Source: Oceanispirochaeta sp. (GTDB lineage: Bacteria; Spirochaetota; Spirochaetia; DSM-2461). Taken from it: DNA of 64,000 nt. The notes below the pieces were generated by a model, which saw only the letters and a list, made by a program, of their open reading frames with translations, did not search any database and had not been told where the DNA came from. Location of the stretch: the NCBI GenBank assembly GCA_963663385.2, contig CAXXXD010000003.1, positions 160,001 to 224,000 of the forward strand, in the 5' to 3' direction. The stretch's first letter is position 1, and every line of letters starts with the position of its first letter. Shown here in pieces: positions 49,179 to 58,689 of the stretch. A program made the position numbers and the translations under genes.

Positions 49179-50474
49179 ATGAAAAAAAAAGGTTTCATGT
49201 TATGTATTGCATTAGTATCAAGTTCACTATTTCTAATGGCCGGAGGACAGAAAGACTCCGATTCCGGTAGTTCTGAAGAACCAGTTAAACTGACTGTATG
49301 GGACTTTAAATACAGTGAAGAAGTTGTAGGATCCGCTTTAAAGGATATGGATTCCCTGTATCTGGCTGCAAATCCCGGTGTGGAAATTGAGCACATTGCC
49401 CAGCCTCATGACAACTATTATGAAATCCTGGCTGCGGCAGTCGGTTCCGGTCAGGTTCCGGATGTCATCATGGCTCACACGGATCAGAGAATCTGGAATA
49501 TGGAAGAGTTTCTTCTGAACCTTGATCCGTATATAGCAGACTGGAAGGATGATATTGCCGATTCAGCCTGGGCTGCCTGTTCCTCGACAAAGGAGAGCAG
49601 TAAAAATATCAAAATCGTTCCTTTAACCGCTCAGGGGCTGGGAATCTATTACAACAAGGCAAACATGGCGAAAGCCGGTGCTGATATGACCCGGGACCTC
49701 AGTGAATGGGATAATTTCCTCGGAGCATGTGAAAAACTGAAATCCGCAGGGATTCCCCCGGTCGTTATGGGCAACGGCGGTCAGCCCTATGGAATCGATT
49801 TTGCCTACAGAACCCTGCTCGCCAACTTTTACGGTCCTGATCTGACAGGATTCCGTGATGGTTCCGCCGGTTTTACCGATGATGCCTTTGTCGAAGCATC
49901 CCGTATGCTGAAAACTCTCTTCACAAAGGGATATGTCATTACAGAAAACAGTACCATGCCCTATTTCATGGATGCCATCGAAGTATTCAAATCCGGAGAA
50001 GGCGGCTTTTTCTTTGGCCTGACATCGGATATTGCCCACTGGAAGGATTTTGGAGATGCCTTCGGTTATGAAAACCTGGGATACATGCCCAGCATTAATG
50101 CCTCAGGTGCTGCCTACAGGAACAGACAAAGTTCCCAGGGGGCAGGTATCGGTTTTGCCGTTATGAAAGATTCCGGGAATATCGATACGGCGGTGGATTA
50201 TCTATATGAGTATGTTCATGGTGAATCAGCCAACCTTTTTCTCGCCAGAACAGGCGCTATTGTTCCCAATAAAAATCTGCCGATCGAAAACGAGACGCTT
50301 GCCGAGGTCGTCGGTTTTATGAGTAAAAATGCCGTTCCCGACTTCTATGTACAGCTTGATGCCGGTTTCGGTGCGGAAATGTATAACTATTTTCAGCTTT
50401 TCTTTCTGGCAGATGAAATCAGTCTGAACGAATACATTGACAGCCTCCAGAAGGCATATGAAATGAATCTCTAA
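49179..50474 (+). CDS. Sugar ABC transporter substrate-binding protein
   Basis: AGGAGG SD; signal peptide then AGGQKD; 'VPDVI', 'IYYNK', 'LKSAGIPP'. Confidence 0.9.
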   Translation: MKKKGFMLCIALVSSSLFLMAGGQKDSDSGSSEEPVKLTVWDFKYSEEVVGSALKDMDSLYLAANPGVEIEHIAQPHDNYYEILAAAVGSGQVPDVIMAHTDQRIWNMEEFLLNLDPYIADWKDDIADSAWAACSSTKESSKNIKIVPLTAQGLGIYYNKANMAKAGADMTRDLSEWDNFLGACEKLKSAGIPPVVMGNGGQPYGIDFAYRTLLANFYGPDLTGFRDGSAGFTDDAFVEASRMLKTLFTKGYVITENSTMPYFMDAIEVFKSGEGGFFFGLTSDIAHWKDFGDAFGYENLGYMPSINASGAAYRNRQSSQGAGIGFAVMKDSGNIDTAVDYLYEYVHGESANLFLARTGAIVPNKNLPIENETLAEVVGFMSKNAVPDFYVQLDAGFGAEMYNYFQLFFLADEISLNEYIDSLQKAYEMNL

Positions 50475-50501
50475 TCCCGATATTTCAAAAAAAATCCATA
50501 T

Positions 50502-50524
50502 TCGGCAGGCATAAATCCTGCCGA
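50502..50524 (+). other. Intercistronic stem-loop after the SBP gene (mRNA stabiliser or partial terminator)
   Basis: TCGGCAGG / CCTGCCGA 8-bp stem. Confidence 0.55.
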
Positions 50525-50548
50525 TTTCAACTAATCCGAGAGGAAAAA

Positions 50549-51445
50549 ATGTTCAAGAAAAGATTAATGAAGCAGCAGGAAGAACGGGATGCCTTTATTC
50601 TGCTGGCACCTCTACTGACTCTGATGCTTGTTTTTACAGTTTATCCGGTTCTCGCCAACTTCTATTACAGTATGACAGAATGGAAAGGATTCGGCACTGC
50701 CCGTTGGGTTGGATTCCAGAACTATATCCGTATGTTCCAGGATGTGAAATTCTGGCACTCCCTGAAAAACCTGGGAGTACTTGTTCTCTATATCCCGGCT
50801 GGTGTTTTTATACCTCTCCTTATTGCCGCCATCTTGAGGGACGGCCTGAAAGGATGGACTTTCTTCCGGTCGGTGATCTACCTGCCTACAATTCTGGGGT
50901 ATGTCATTCTGGGAACCCTGTTCAGTATTATTCTCAGTCAGACCGGCTCCATGGTTGAAGTTCTGACAGCTCTGGGAGTTCAAAGCGCCAACACAATCAA
51001 CCTGCTGGGTAAATCCGGATCGGCTATACACACGGTAGCCATGATCTTTGTTATTTTTACAAAAATGGGATTCGGCTGCATCTATTTTCTATCCGCCATG
51101 AGCGGTATTGATGCGGGTATGTACGACGCAGCCGGAATTGACGGCGCCAGCTGGTGGCAGAAGTTTCTTCATATAACAGTTCCCAGTATCAGTTTTTCCA
51201 TTCAGTTTTTTCTGGTTCTCTCTTTTATTGAAGTTTTTGCCAGAATGTACAGCTTCATTTATACCCTGACCTACGGGGGACCGGGATTTGCAACATTCAC
51301 CCTTGAATTCGGTATATACAGGCAGGGGTTTCAGGCTTTCAAGATGGGCTATGCGTCCAGCTGGGCTGTGGTGCTTTTTCTCTTCTGTTCAGTTATCGCA
51401 GCGGCTCAGATTCAGGTGCTCGGAAAGGGAGACCAGCTGTCATGA
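50549..51445 (+). CDS. Carbohydrate ABC transporter permease (MalF-like)
   Basis: 'WVGFQNY', 'FRSVIYLP', EAA loop 'YDAAGIDGASWWQKFLHITVP', 'MGYASS'. Confidence 0.92.
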   Translation: MFKKRLMKQQEERDAFILLAPLLTLMLVFTVYPVLANFYYSMTEWKGFGTARWVGFQNYIRMFQDVKFWHSLKNLGVLVLYIPAGVFIPLLIAAILRDGLKGWTFFRSVIYLPTILGYVILGTLFSIILSQTGSMVEVLTALGVQSANTINLLGKSGSAIHTVAMIFVIFTKMGFGCIYFLSAMSGIDAGMYDAAGIDGASWWQKFLHITVPSISFSIQFFLVLSFIEVFARMYSFIYTLTYGGPGFATFTLEFGIYRQGFQAFKMGYASSWAVVLFLFCSVIAAAQIQVLGKGDQLS

Positions 51446-52281
51446 ACAGGGTATTAAAACGTTTTATTGTTAACCGCTTTCCGGTATATCTCTTTTTACT
51501 TTTTATAACATTCATCAGTCTGTATCCTGTTTTTTTCTCATTCATCTCCAGTTTTAAAACTGTTCAGGAGTATACATTCAGCAAGTGTGCTCTTCCTGCA
51601 TCCTGGGTGATGGAGAATTACGCGTATGTTTTCAGAAATCTTAATTTTCTATCCTATCTTTTAAACTCTGTTATTCTGGTTTTCGGGGGAATGATCCTGT
51701 ATCTGTTTGTTTGCAATGCCGCGGGTTTTGCTCTAGGGATGCTCAGGTTCCGGTTTAAACTGCCCGTTTTTTCATTTATTCTGTTTTTTCAGATATTCCC
51801 CCAGATGGTCATTGCCTCGCAGGTCTACAGAATCTGTTCAAAAATCGGTCTGATGAATTCCCATATGGGACTGATTCTGGTCTGGGTTGCCTACTTTGCT
51901 CCCTTCGGGACATATATCATGTCCACCTATTATTCCTCCATGCCCCGGTCCATGATTGAGTCGGCCAGAATCGATGGTGCTGGAGTCTTCCGTCAATTGT
52001 TCAGAATAATGATCCCCATGGCTGCGCCCATGATAGGCACCGTCAGTATAGTCGGCTCTCTCGCCATGTGGACGGAACTCCCGTTTTCCCTGCTTCTGAT
52101 TCAGGATCCTTCCAAACGGCCTCTGTCTCTCGGGATTGCCATTATGAAGGGCGAGCACGGGATTCCTGTTCCCATTCTGACTGCAGCAATTCTGGTATCA
52201 GCAGTGGTTCCTCTGATTTTCTATTTTTTCTTCCAGAAAAAAATACATATGGGTTCTACAACCGGAGCCGTAAAGGGGTAA
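51442..52281 (+). CDS. Carbohydrate ABC transporter permease (MalG-like)
   Basis: 'SSFKT', 'ENY', EAA loop 'IESARIDGA', C-terminal 'GAVKG'; ATGA overlap with the upstream gene. Confidence 0.92.
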   Translation: MNRVLKRFIVNRFPVYLFLLFITFISLYPVFFSFISSFKTVQEYTFSKCALPASWVMENYAYVFRNLNFLSYLLNSVILVFGGMILYLFVCNAAGFALGMLRFRFKLPVFSFILFFQIFPQMVIASQVYRICSKIGLMNSHMGLILVWVAYFAPFGTYIMSTYYSSMPRSMIESARIDGAGVFRQLFRIMIPMAAPMIGTVSIVGSLAMWTELPFSLLLIQDPSKRPLSLGIAIMKGEHGIPVPILTAAILVSAVVPLIFYFFFQKKIHMGSTTGAVKG

Positions 52282-52359
52282 AGCATTAAATGAACCAAAG
52301 AGAACGAATTCCGGCTCTCTATGAAGAGGCGGGATCTTACAAACACCAAGGACTGAACA

Positions 52360-53439
52360 ATGAGTATTGAATGGAAAACAAACTGGCCTGAAACAAGGCA
52401 GCATCTGCTGGACTGGTGGGATCATAAGGGATTTGTCCTGAGTCACTGGGGAACCGGAATGGATACGGGCGGCAGCCTCTACGGCATTGATGCTGTGGAA
52501 GAACCTGCCAGTCCTGTCCAGAGGCATACGGATGTGGAATGGATCGGCAGAAATGAGGTTTACCGGCTCTCGCGGAACTGGCAGGGGGCGGATTTCCTGC
52601 CCATTGCCTATCCCGATTACGGCACCGTTTCACTGGCTACTTTTATGGGAGTGGAACCCCGTTTCGAGGATGAGTATATTCTCTATCATCCCACCGGTCT
52701 GAGTCCTGAAAACAACAGAACTCTGACTCTGGACAGGGACGGGAAGAGTTACAGAACCATAAGGAATGCCGCTTTGAATCTCCGGGACAGGTCGGAAGGA
52801 CGGTATTTTGTCAGTTATCCGGCCTTTATGCCGGGGTTGGATGTGCTTGCCGAACTTCGGGGCACCCAGGAGCTGCTGATGGATCTTATCCTGAACCCTG
52901 AATGGGTCAAGGAGAAGCAGGCTGAAATCAACACCTGTTTTTTTGACTGCTACAACGAGTTCTATAATGAACTGAAGGGGAGTGACGGCGGCAGTATGAA
53001 CGGCTGGTTCATGATCTGGGGGCCCGGGAAGACCTCCCTGGCCCAGTGCGATTTCTGTGCCATGATCAGTCCAGATATGTTTGAAGAGTTCGAGGCACCC
53101 TATCTGAGGGAGCACTGTGATACTCTGGACAACACTCTTTTTCATCTGGACGGTCCTGATGCCCTGAACAAGCTGGATATCCTGCTGGAAATCGAAAGCC
53201 TGGATGCCATACAGTGGACCCCCGGTCCCCAGCGCCCCCAGGGAGGCGATCCCTGCTGGTACGATATGTACAAGCGTATCAAAGCGGCGGGGAAGTCCGT
53301 ACAGGCTCCCTGGGTCAGGCCGGAAGAGGCTCTGCCCCTGCTGAACGAGGTGGGTCCCGAGGGAATGTATGTCATGGTGGATTTCAAAAACCGGAAAGAG
53401 GTGGATGAAGTGATGAAACAGCTGGAACAATTCAGATAG
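52360..53439 (+). CDS. URO-D/CIMS-like TIM-barrel protein (corrinoid methyltransferase-related family)
   Basis: 'LAELRGTQELLMDL', 'QCDFCAMISPDMFEEF', 'FHLDGPDA', 'IQWTPG'. Confidence 0.72.
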   Translation: MSIEWKTNWPETRQHLLDWWDHKGFVLSHWGTGMDTGGSLYGIDAVEEPASPVQRHTDVEWIGRNEVYRLSRNWQGADFLPIAYPDYGTVSLATFMGVEPRFEDEYILYHPTGLSPENNRTLTLDRDGKSYRTIRNAALNLRDRSEGRYFVSYPAFMPGLDVLAELRGTQELLMDLILNPEWVKEKQAEINTCFFDCYNEFYNELKGSDGGSMNGWFMIWGPGKTSLAQCDFCAMISPDMFEEFEAPYLREHCDTLDNTLFHLDGPDALNKLDILLEIESLDAIQWTPGPQRPQGGDPCWYDMYKRIKAAGKSVQAPWVRPEEALPLLNEVGPEGMYVMVDFKNRKEVDEVMKQLEQFR

Positions 53440-53448
53440 GAAAAGAAT

Positions 53449-55731
53449 ATGAAACAACTCAATGATTTTTTAACGGATATGGCAGATCTGGACCAGCATC
53501 CCGGCGCCGTCCTCTGGAGAGCGGAATCCCCGCAGTCTCTTTCGGTCCGGGATGGTCTTGTCGAAATAGTCATCCCCTTTGCCCCCTATACCCTGCAGGG
53601 CAGTCTGAAACCTTCATCGGGACTGAAAACACGCCTGCAAACTCTGAAGCTTGCCTGCCCCGACAGGGATATTCTCCATCTTTACTCGAATCATGATCCG
53701 GAGAGCCCTATGCTCAGTGTGCAGGAGGATAGGCAGGCCCGGCCCCTCTCGCTCAGGGAAGAGAGGCACTTCTGGTCCATACTGGACGGCTCCGGCGTCT
53801 GCCGGGCCAGATTCCACAAAAAAAGGAAGACCCCCGATGGATGGAGCAATCAGATTACTCCCGCTTTCGATTCTCTGAAAGCGGATTTTTTCCCTTCTGA
53901 TGGAACATCCCTTTCGTTCAGTTCCCACGACCAGTTTTTTCCCGAGAAGGTGGAATCCCTGCCTCTGGCATTTCTGACCTGGAGCGAAGAGGGGGAGGAC
54001 CGGGAATCGGTACTCTTTTCATTCGAGGCGGAATACGATGAACATTTTGCCGGGACAGGAGAGCGTTTCGCTCCCCAGGATCTGCGGGGCAGAACCCTGA
54101 ATCTGGAAAATACCGATGCCATGGGAGTGAACAGCCGCAGAGCCTATAAAAATGTCCCCTTCTACCTTTCCAGCCGGGGATTCGGCGTCTTTATACACAG
54201 TTCCCGGCATATGCGCCTTTCCCTGGGGGATATCTCCACAAGGGCGGCTCAGGGAAGGATCGAGGACAGGGAACTGGATCTGTTTCTTATCGGAGGCGGA
54301 AGCCCCGAGAGGATTCTGAACAACTACAGGCGTCTAAGCGGTTATCCTCCCCAGCTTCCCCTGTGGAGCTACGGCACATGGATGAGCCGCATGACCTATT
54401 TCTCCGCTGGTGAAATCGACGATATCTGCAAACGCCTCAGGGAGGAGGAGTATCCCTGTGATCTGATCCATATCGATACGGGCTGGTTTGAAAAAGACTG
54501 GGTCTGTGAGTGGACTTTCAGCAGGGAACGTTTTCCCGACCCTTCCGGATTTATGAAGAGGCTGCGGGAGAAGGGCTTCAGAGTCTCCCTCTGGCAGACC
54601 CCGAATATAGGTGAAGGGAACAAACTGCTGGAAGAGGCTTTGAAGAACCGCTATCTGGCGCCTCCCCGGGGTAAAGCCGTCAGTTCCTCCTCCGATTTTT
54701 CGGGTCAGGATTTTGGAGGTCAGATTGATTTTACCAATCCCGAGGCTGTAGAGTGGTATCAGTCCATGATCCGGGATCTCCTCAAAAAGGGTGCCTCGGT
54801 TATTAAAACAGATTTTGGCGAGCGGATACAGATGAATGCGGACTATCTGAATATGCCCCCTGATGCGCTGCATAATCTCTATGGTCTTCTATATCAGAAA
54901 GCGGCTTTTGAGGAGACGGAAAGAAGTACGGGCGAGGGAATCATCTGGGCCCGGGCCGGCTGGGCGGGCTGTCAGCGTTATCCCCTTCACTGGGGGGGCG
55001 ATGCTGCCGCCACCTGGGACGGGATGGCCGGTTCTCTTAGAGGGGGACTTCATCTGGGACTCTCGGGATTCGGGTACTGGAGTCATGATGTTCCCGGTTT
55101 TCACGGTCTGCCGGAGTTTATGAATACGCCTCCTGCGGATGATCTGTATCTGCGCTGGACCCAGTTCGGTGTTTTCAGCTCCCACCTGCGTTATCATGGA
55201 ACATCAGCCCGGGAACCCTGGCATTTTCCGGGGATTGCCGGAGCTGTCCGCAAGTGGCTGAGGCTGCGCTACTATTTTATCCCGTATTTCCTGAAGCAGG
55301 CTGAATCGGTTTCGGAAACGGGATTTCCTCTGCTCAGGGCAATGATTTTTCATTATCCCGAGGACTCTGTATGCTGGAACAGGGATGATCAGTTTTTCTG
55401 CGGCAGCGATATTCTTGTCTGTCCTGTGATGAACAGTCGAAACGAGAGGGACGTCTATGTTCCGGAAGGGGAGTGGGTTGATTTCTGGACAGGGGAAAGC
55501 ATCCGGGGACCGCAGAATCTGTTCCTTGAGAATATCGATCTGGAAAGCATGCCCCTGTATATCCGGAAGGGGGCGGATATTCCCGTTTATCCGGAAGCCG
55601 TTCTGTCTACAGATGAAATGGAAAGGGAGAAGGTTGAAATCCTCCATGTAGGCAGTAATTTTCCCGGTTGGCTGAAACTGCCTGCCGCAGCTGCTCTGGG
55701 TTGGACCTCCGGTATTCCCGTAAAAACCTGA
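53449..55731 (+). CDS. GH31 glycoside hydrolase (alpha-xylosidase YicI-like)
   Basis: 'GTGERF', 'YKNVPFY', nucleophile 'KTDFGE', 'HWGGD', 'WSHDVPGF', 'RYHG'. Confidence 0.9.
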   Translation: MKQLNDFLTDMADLDQHPGAVLWRAESPQSLSVRDGLVEIVIPFAPYTLQGSLKPSSGLKTRLQTLKLACPDRDILHLYSNHDPESPMLSVQEDRQARPLSLREERHFWSILDGSGVCRARFHKKRKTPDGWSNQITPAFDSLKADFFPSDGTSLSFSSHDQFFPEKVESLPLAFLTWSEEGEDRESVLFSFEAEYDEHFAGTGERFAPQDLRGRTLNLENTDAMGVNSRRAYKNVPFYLSSRGFGVFIHSSRHMRLSLGDISTRAAQGRIEDRELDLFLIGGGSPERILNNYRRLSGYPPQLPLWSYGTWMSRMTYFSAGEIDDICKRLREEEYPCDLIHIDTGWFEKDWVCEWTFSRERFPDPSGFMKRLREKGFRVSLWQTPNIGEGNKLLEEALKNRYLAPPRGKAVSSSSDFSGQDFGGQIDFTNPEAVEWYQSMIRDLLKKGASVIKTDFGERIQMNADYLNMPPDALHNLYGLLYQKAAFEETERSTGEGIIWARAGWAGCQRYPLHWGGDAAATWDGMAGSLRGGLHLGLSGFGYWSHDVPGFHGLPEFMNTPPADDLYLRWTQFGVFSSHLRYHGTSAREPWHFPGIAGAVRKWLRLRYYFIPYFLKQAESVSETGFPLLRAMIFHYPEDSVCWNRDDQFFCGSDILVCPVMNSRNERDVYVPEGEWVDFWTGESIRGPQNLFLENIDLESMPLYIRKGADIPVYPEAVLSTDEMEREKVEILHVGSNFPGWLKLPAAAALGWTSGIPVKT

Positions 55732-55778
55732 AAGGGGACTGGTATCAGCACGGAAAGGCTGTATTTCCAAAAAAGTAT

Positions 55779-55807
55779 TTGACCGGAAGATCCTGATCCT
55801 CTAATAT
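55779..55807 (+). promoter_or_regulatory. Sigma70-like promoter for tRNA-Gly
   Basis: TTGACC-17 nt-TAATAT ending 12 nt before the tRNA. Confidence 0.55.
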
Positions 55808-55819
55808 GAAAGTCTATAC

Positions 55820-55890
55820 GCGGCTGTCGTATAATGGTATTACCCCAGCTTCCCAAGCTGGAGAAGCGGGTTCGATTCCCGTCAGCCGCT
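55820..55890 (+). tRNA. tRNA-Gly (anticodon CCC), CCA not encoded
   Basis: Acceptor GCGGCTG/CAGCCGC, D-loop AATGGT, anticodon stem CCAGC/GCTGG with loop TTCCCAA, T-arm GCGGG-TTCGATT-CCCGT, discriminator T. Confidence 0.95.
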
Positions 55891-55962
55891 GTACCCCCTC
55901 CAGCAAAAGTTATATACTCTGCCTATCTCGGTAAATTATTACTTAGTCAGGCGGTTTTTCCT

Positions 55963-57123
55963 TTGAGCAAATCCTTTAATAAGGCGGACGTTGTAACTCT
56001 CTCTGCCGCACACCTTATGCACGATACTTTCTCTGCTTTTCTGGCTCCCATTCTTCCTCTGCTTATTGCCAAACTGGGGATGTCTCTCTCTGTCACGGCC
56101 TTTCTGGATATTACCCGCCGGCTTCCCTCTCTTCTAAATCCTTTTCTGGGGTTACTGGCCGAACGGACCGGAACCAAGTTTTTTGTTATTCTAACTCCGG
56201 CTGTTACCGCTGTCAGTATGTGTCTGCTGGGGCAGGCCAATTCGGTTGTTATGCTCATTATCCTGTTATTTGCCGCCGGTATTTCAGCCACCCTGTTTCA
56301 CATTCCCTCCCCGGTGCTGGTTAAAGAGGCTTCGGGAGATAAAATCGGTACGGGGATGAGTTTTTTCATGGTCGGCGGAGAGCTGGCCAGAACGCTGGGG
56401 CCTCTGCTTATTACGGCAGCCGTATCCTGGTGGTGCCTGGAAGAGATCTACAAGCTGATTCCCCTGGGAGTTCTGGCTTCATTGATCCTTTATGTTAAAT
56501 TGAAAGATCTGGATGTTCAGCGGCCTCCCAAAAAAGATAAAGAGCTGGGAGATACGGGACGGATTCTGAAGGAGAACGGTTCATTTCTGGCGGTCATCGG
56601 CGGATTCATTCTGTTTCAGGCCGCCATGAAAAGTTCCCTTACCCTTTATCTGCCTGTATACCTTACCGGCCAGGGAGCTTCCTTGTGGTTTGCCGGGGGG
56701 TCCCTCTCTGTGCTTCAGCTGTTCGGCGTTCTGGGTGCCTTTTTTTCGGGTAATCTTTCAGACCGTATCGGACGCCGCAATACCCTTCTGATCTCTTCCG
56801 CCGGTTCGATTGTCTTCATGGCCCTCTTTATTCTGACTCATCATATTGTTGTTCTCGCTTTTCTCGGGCTGTTTCTGCTTTCCACCGGACCCGTATTGAT
56901 GGCCTGTGTTCAGGATACCAGCTCCTCCATGCCCACCTTTATGAACAGTATGTATATGACGGTGAATTTCGGTGTCGGTTCTCTGGTTGTTTTTTTTGTC
57001 GGATTGTCAGGGGATCATCTGGGGCTGGAACGGACCTATATAATCAGCGGTTTTTTTGCGGTGGGAATGATTTTTATGGCCCTGCTGCTTCCGCGGGTGA
57101 TGAAGGTTAAAAAGGCATCCTAG
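55963..57123 (+). CDS. MFS transporter (Fsr/fosmidomycin-resistance-like)
   Basis: 'AHLMHD', 'LFHIP', 'FMVGGELARTLGP', 'GNLSDRIGRR'. Start reassigned to TTG 55963 because the track start lies inside the tRNA. Confidence 0.85.
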   Translation: MSKSFNKADVVTLSAAHLMHDTFSAFLAPILPLLIAKLGMSLSVTAFLDITRRLPSLLNPFLGLLAERTGTKFFVILTPAVTAVSMCLLGQANSVVMLIILLFAAGISATLFHIPSPVLVKEASGDKIGTGMSFFMVGGELARTLGPLLITAAVSWWCLEEIYKLIPLGVLASLILYVKLKDLDVQRPPKKDKELGDTGRILKENGSFLAVIGGFILFQAAMKSSLTLYLPVYLTGQGASLWFAGGSLSVLQLFGVLGAFFSGNLSDRIGRRNTLLISSAGSIVFMALFILTHHIVVLAFLGLFLLSTGPVLMACVQDTSSSMPTFMNSMYMTVNFGVGSLVVFFVGLSGDHLGLERTYIISGFFAVGMIFMALLLPRVMKVKKAS

Positions 57124-57135
57124 AGAGAGAATTCC

Positions 57136-58035
57136 CTAGCGCCAGTTTAAACGGTAGATCGGGATCCTTTCTTTAATCCCCTTTAATTTGGCAGATCCGC
57201 ATAGATCAAATAGTTCTTTCTTCCTGCGGGTTTTCTTCTGGTAATCATCGTAAAAGGTTTTGGATGCAAGGATCCTGTTCTGTTCCCCGATTGCTTTTCT
57301 GACAGATGTAAAAGCTGTCTTTTTCAGCCCTTCGATACGGAAAGTAATATTGATATCTATGCCATGAATATCCTCGGTTGCCGGATCTATAACATAGGTT
57401 CGGCCCTTATGCAGGCCGATGCGGACATTGATGGGAGGATTTTTAGTTTTTTTATTCCTTTTTTCCAGAACCTTCAGGATTTCCATGGCCGTATTGACAG
57501 CCTGTGTCGAACTGGCAAAGGTCGCCAGAAAACCGTCTCCCGTATTTTTATAGAACTGAATACCTGCTCCGTAGAGTATCGGTTTGGTTATATTGCTCAG
57601 ACGCTGTTTTGAATGAAAGGCTATCTGTTCGTCTTTCCGGGCCTGTGTGGTGGAATCGCAGAGATCCAGCACCATAATTGATGATTCGTTTTCCACTTCG
57701 GACAGAGAGATAATCTGAGACTCTCCCGATTGAATCGTTACAACCACCGCCTCTGCCAGCTTGATCTGGACGGGAAGGTGAAACTTCATCTGCCTGCCTT
57801 TCAGGGGATTCCAGCGGTAATCCATATAAACCTCGGTTCCGTTGGAGGATCTTTCATCTTTAATATAGAGGTTGTTGTCCTTTATAATCAGGGAGGCGTG
57901 GGTGTCTGATATATATTTGTTTTGAATGGTAATATCGTGTTCGGAATTTCTTCCCAGAAAAATTCTGTCCTGTTTGAAAGAATAAAACTGACTGGTGTGG
58001 GAGAGTATATCCTTTACTTCGATTCGCAATTCCAT
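57136..58035 (-). CDS. FHA domain fused to class III adenylate/guanylate cyclase domain
   Basis: FHA 'LGR....DI......IS..HA...D..SSNGT'; cyclase 'VLDLCDST', 'KNTGDGF', 'RIGLHKG', 'DIHGIDINITFRIE', 'LKGI'. Confidence 0.85.
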   Translation of the reverse strand: MELRIEVKDILSHTSQFYSFKQDRIFLGRNSEHDITIQNKYISDTHASLIIKDNNLYIKDERSSNGTEVYMDYRWNPLKGRQMKFHLPVQIKLAEAVVVTIQSGESQIISLSEVENESSIMVLDLCDSTTQARKDEQIAFHSKQRLSNITKPILYGAGIQFYKNTGDGFLATFASSTQAVNTAMEILKVLEKRNKKTKNPPINVRIGLHKGRTYVIDPATEDIHGIDINITFRIEGLKKTAFTSVRKAIGEQNRILASKTFYDDYQKKTRRKKELFDLCGSAKLKGIKERIPIYRLNWR

Positions 58036-58184
58036 AAGCTGATTTTTTCATACAAATCCCTTATTGGCAAGATTCTCCCTGGCATATCGGGTTCTATATT
58101 TCTCAATAACTTGAATTATTCCGGAACAGAAACTCTTGTTCTATCGGCCTGATAGGGCTATTGTAAAATTCTGAGAGGAATTCC

Positions 58185-58667
58185 ATGTACTACACAAGAT
58201 TCAATTCGATACTATGCGAAATTACCCTGGCCGGAGACGAACAGGGCCTCAGAAATCTTCATCTGGATACGGGAGAAGGGAAGGGATCCTTTGAGATCTC
58301 TTCTGAATGGAAACGGGATGACCGTTTTTTTGCAGATACCGTAAAACAGCTGATGGAGTATTTCAGGGGAGAACGCCGGGTCTTTGATGTAAAACTGGCT
58401 CCTGAGGGTACAGATTTTCAAAAGAGAGTCTGGACCGGATTGCAGGATATCCCCTACGGGGAGACCCGCAGCTACGGAGAACTGGCTGCCGCCTTCGGGA
58501 ATCCCAAAGCTTCCCGCGCTGTGGGCGGAGCCAGCGGCCGAAACCCCATTCCTGTTATTATCCCCTGCCACAGGGTTATAGGGAGTTCCGGGAAGCTGAC
58601 GGGATTCGCTTATGGAATCAATATAAAAAGAAAACTCCTGGAACTGGAAAACCCGGAACATTTTTAA
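58185..58667 (+). CDS. ogt: Methylated-DNA--protein-cysteine methyltransferase
   Basis: 'GTDFQKRVW', 'IPYGETRSYG', 'RAVG', active site 'IPCHRV'. Confidence 0.95.
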   Translation: MYYTRFNSILCEITLAGDEQGLRNLHLDTGEGKGSFEISSEWKRDDRFFADTVKQLMEYFRGERRVFDVKLAPEGTDFQKRVWTGLQDIPYGETRSYGELAAAFGNPKASRAVGGASGRNPIPVIIPCHRVIGSSGKLTGFAYGINIKRKLLELENPEHF

Positions 58668-58689
58668 TTTTCGGGTTTTCCGGACAGCG

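Noticed and set aside
52630..53457. 275-aa minus-strand ORF
   Set aside because: Antisense shadow of the URO-D-like gene.
55834..55962. N-terminal extension of the MFS ORF
   Set aside because: It overlaps tRNA-Gly; MFS-like sequence begins near TTG 55963.
57136..58035. Pycsar or CBASS anti-phage system
   Set aside because: No adjacent TIR or TM effector gene, the cyclase has adenine-type specificity residues, and the neighbours are housekeeping genes.
17699..58667. tag and ogt as a linked alkylation-repair island
   Set aside because: They are 40 kb apart with unrelated genes between them; ordinary dispersed repair genes.
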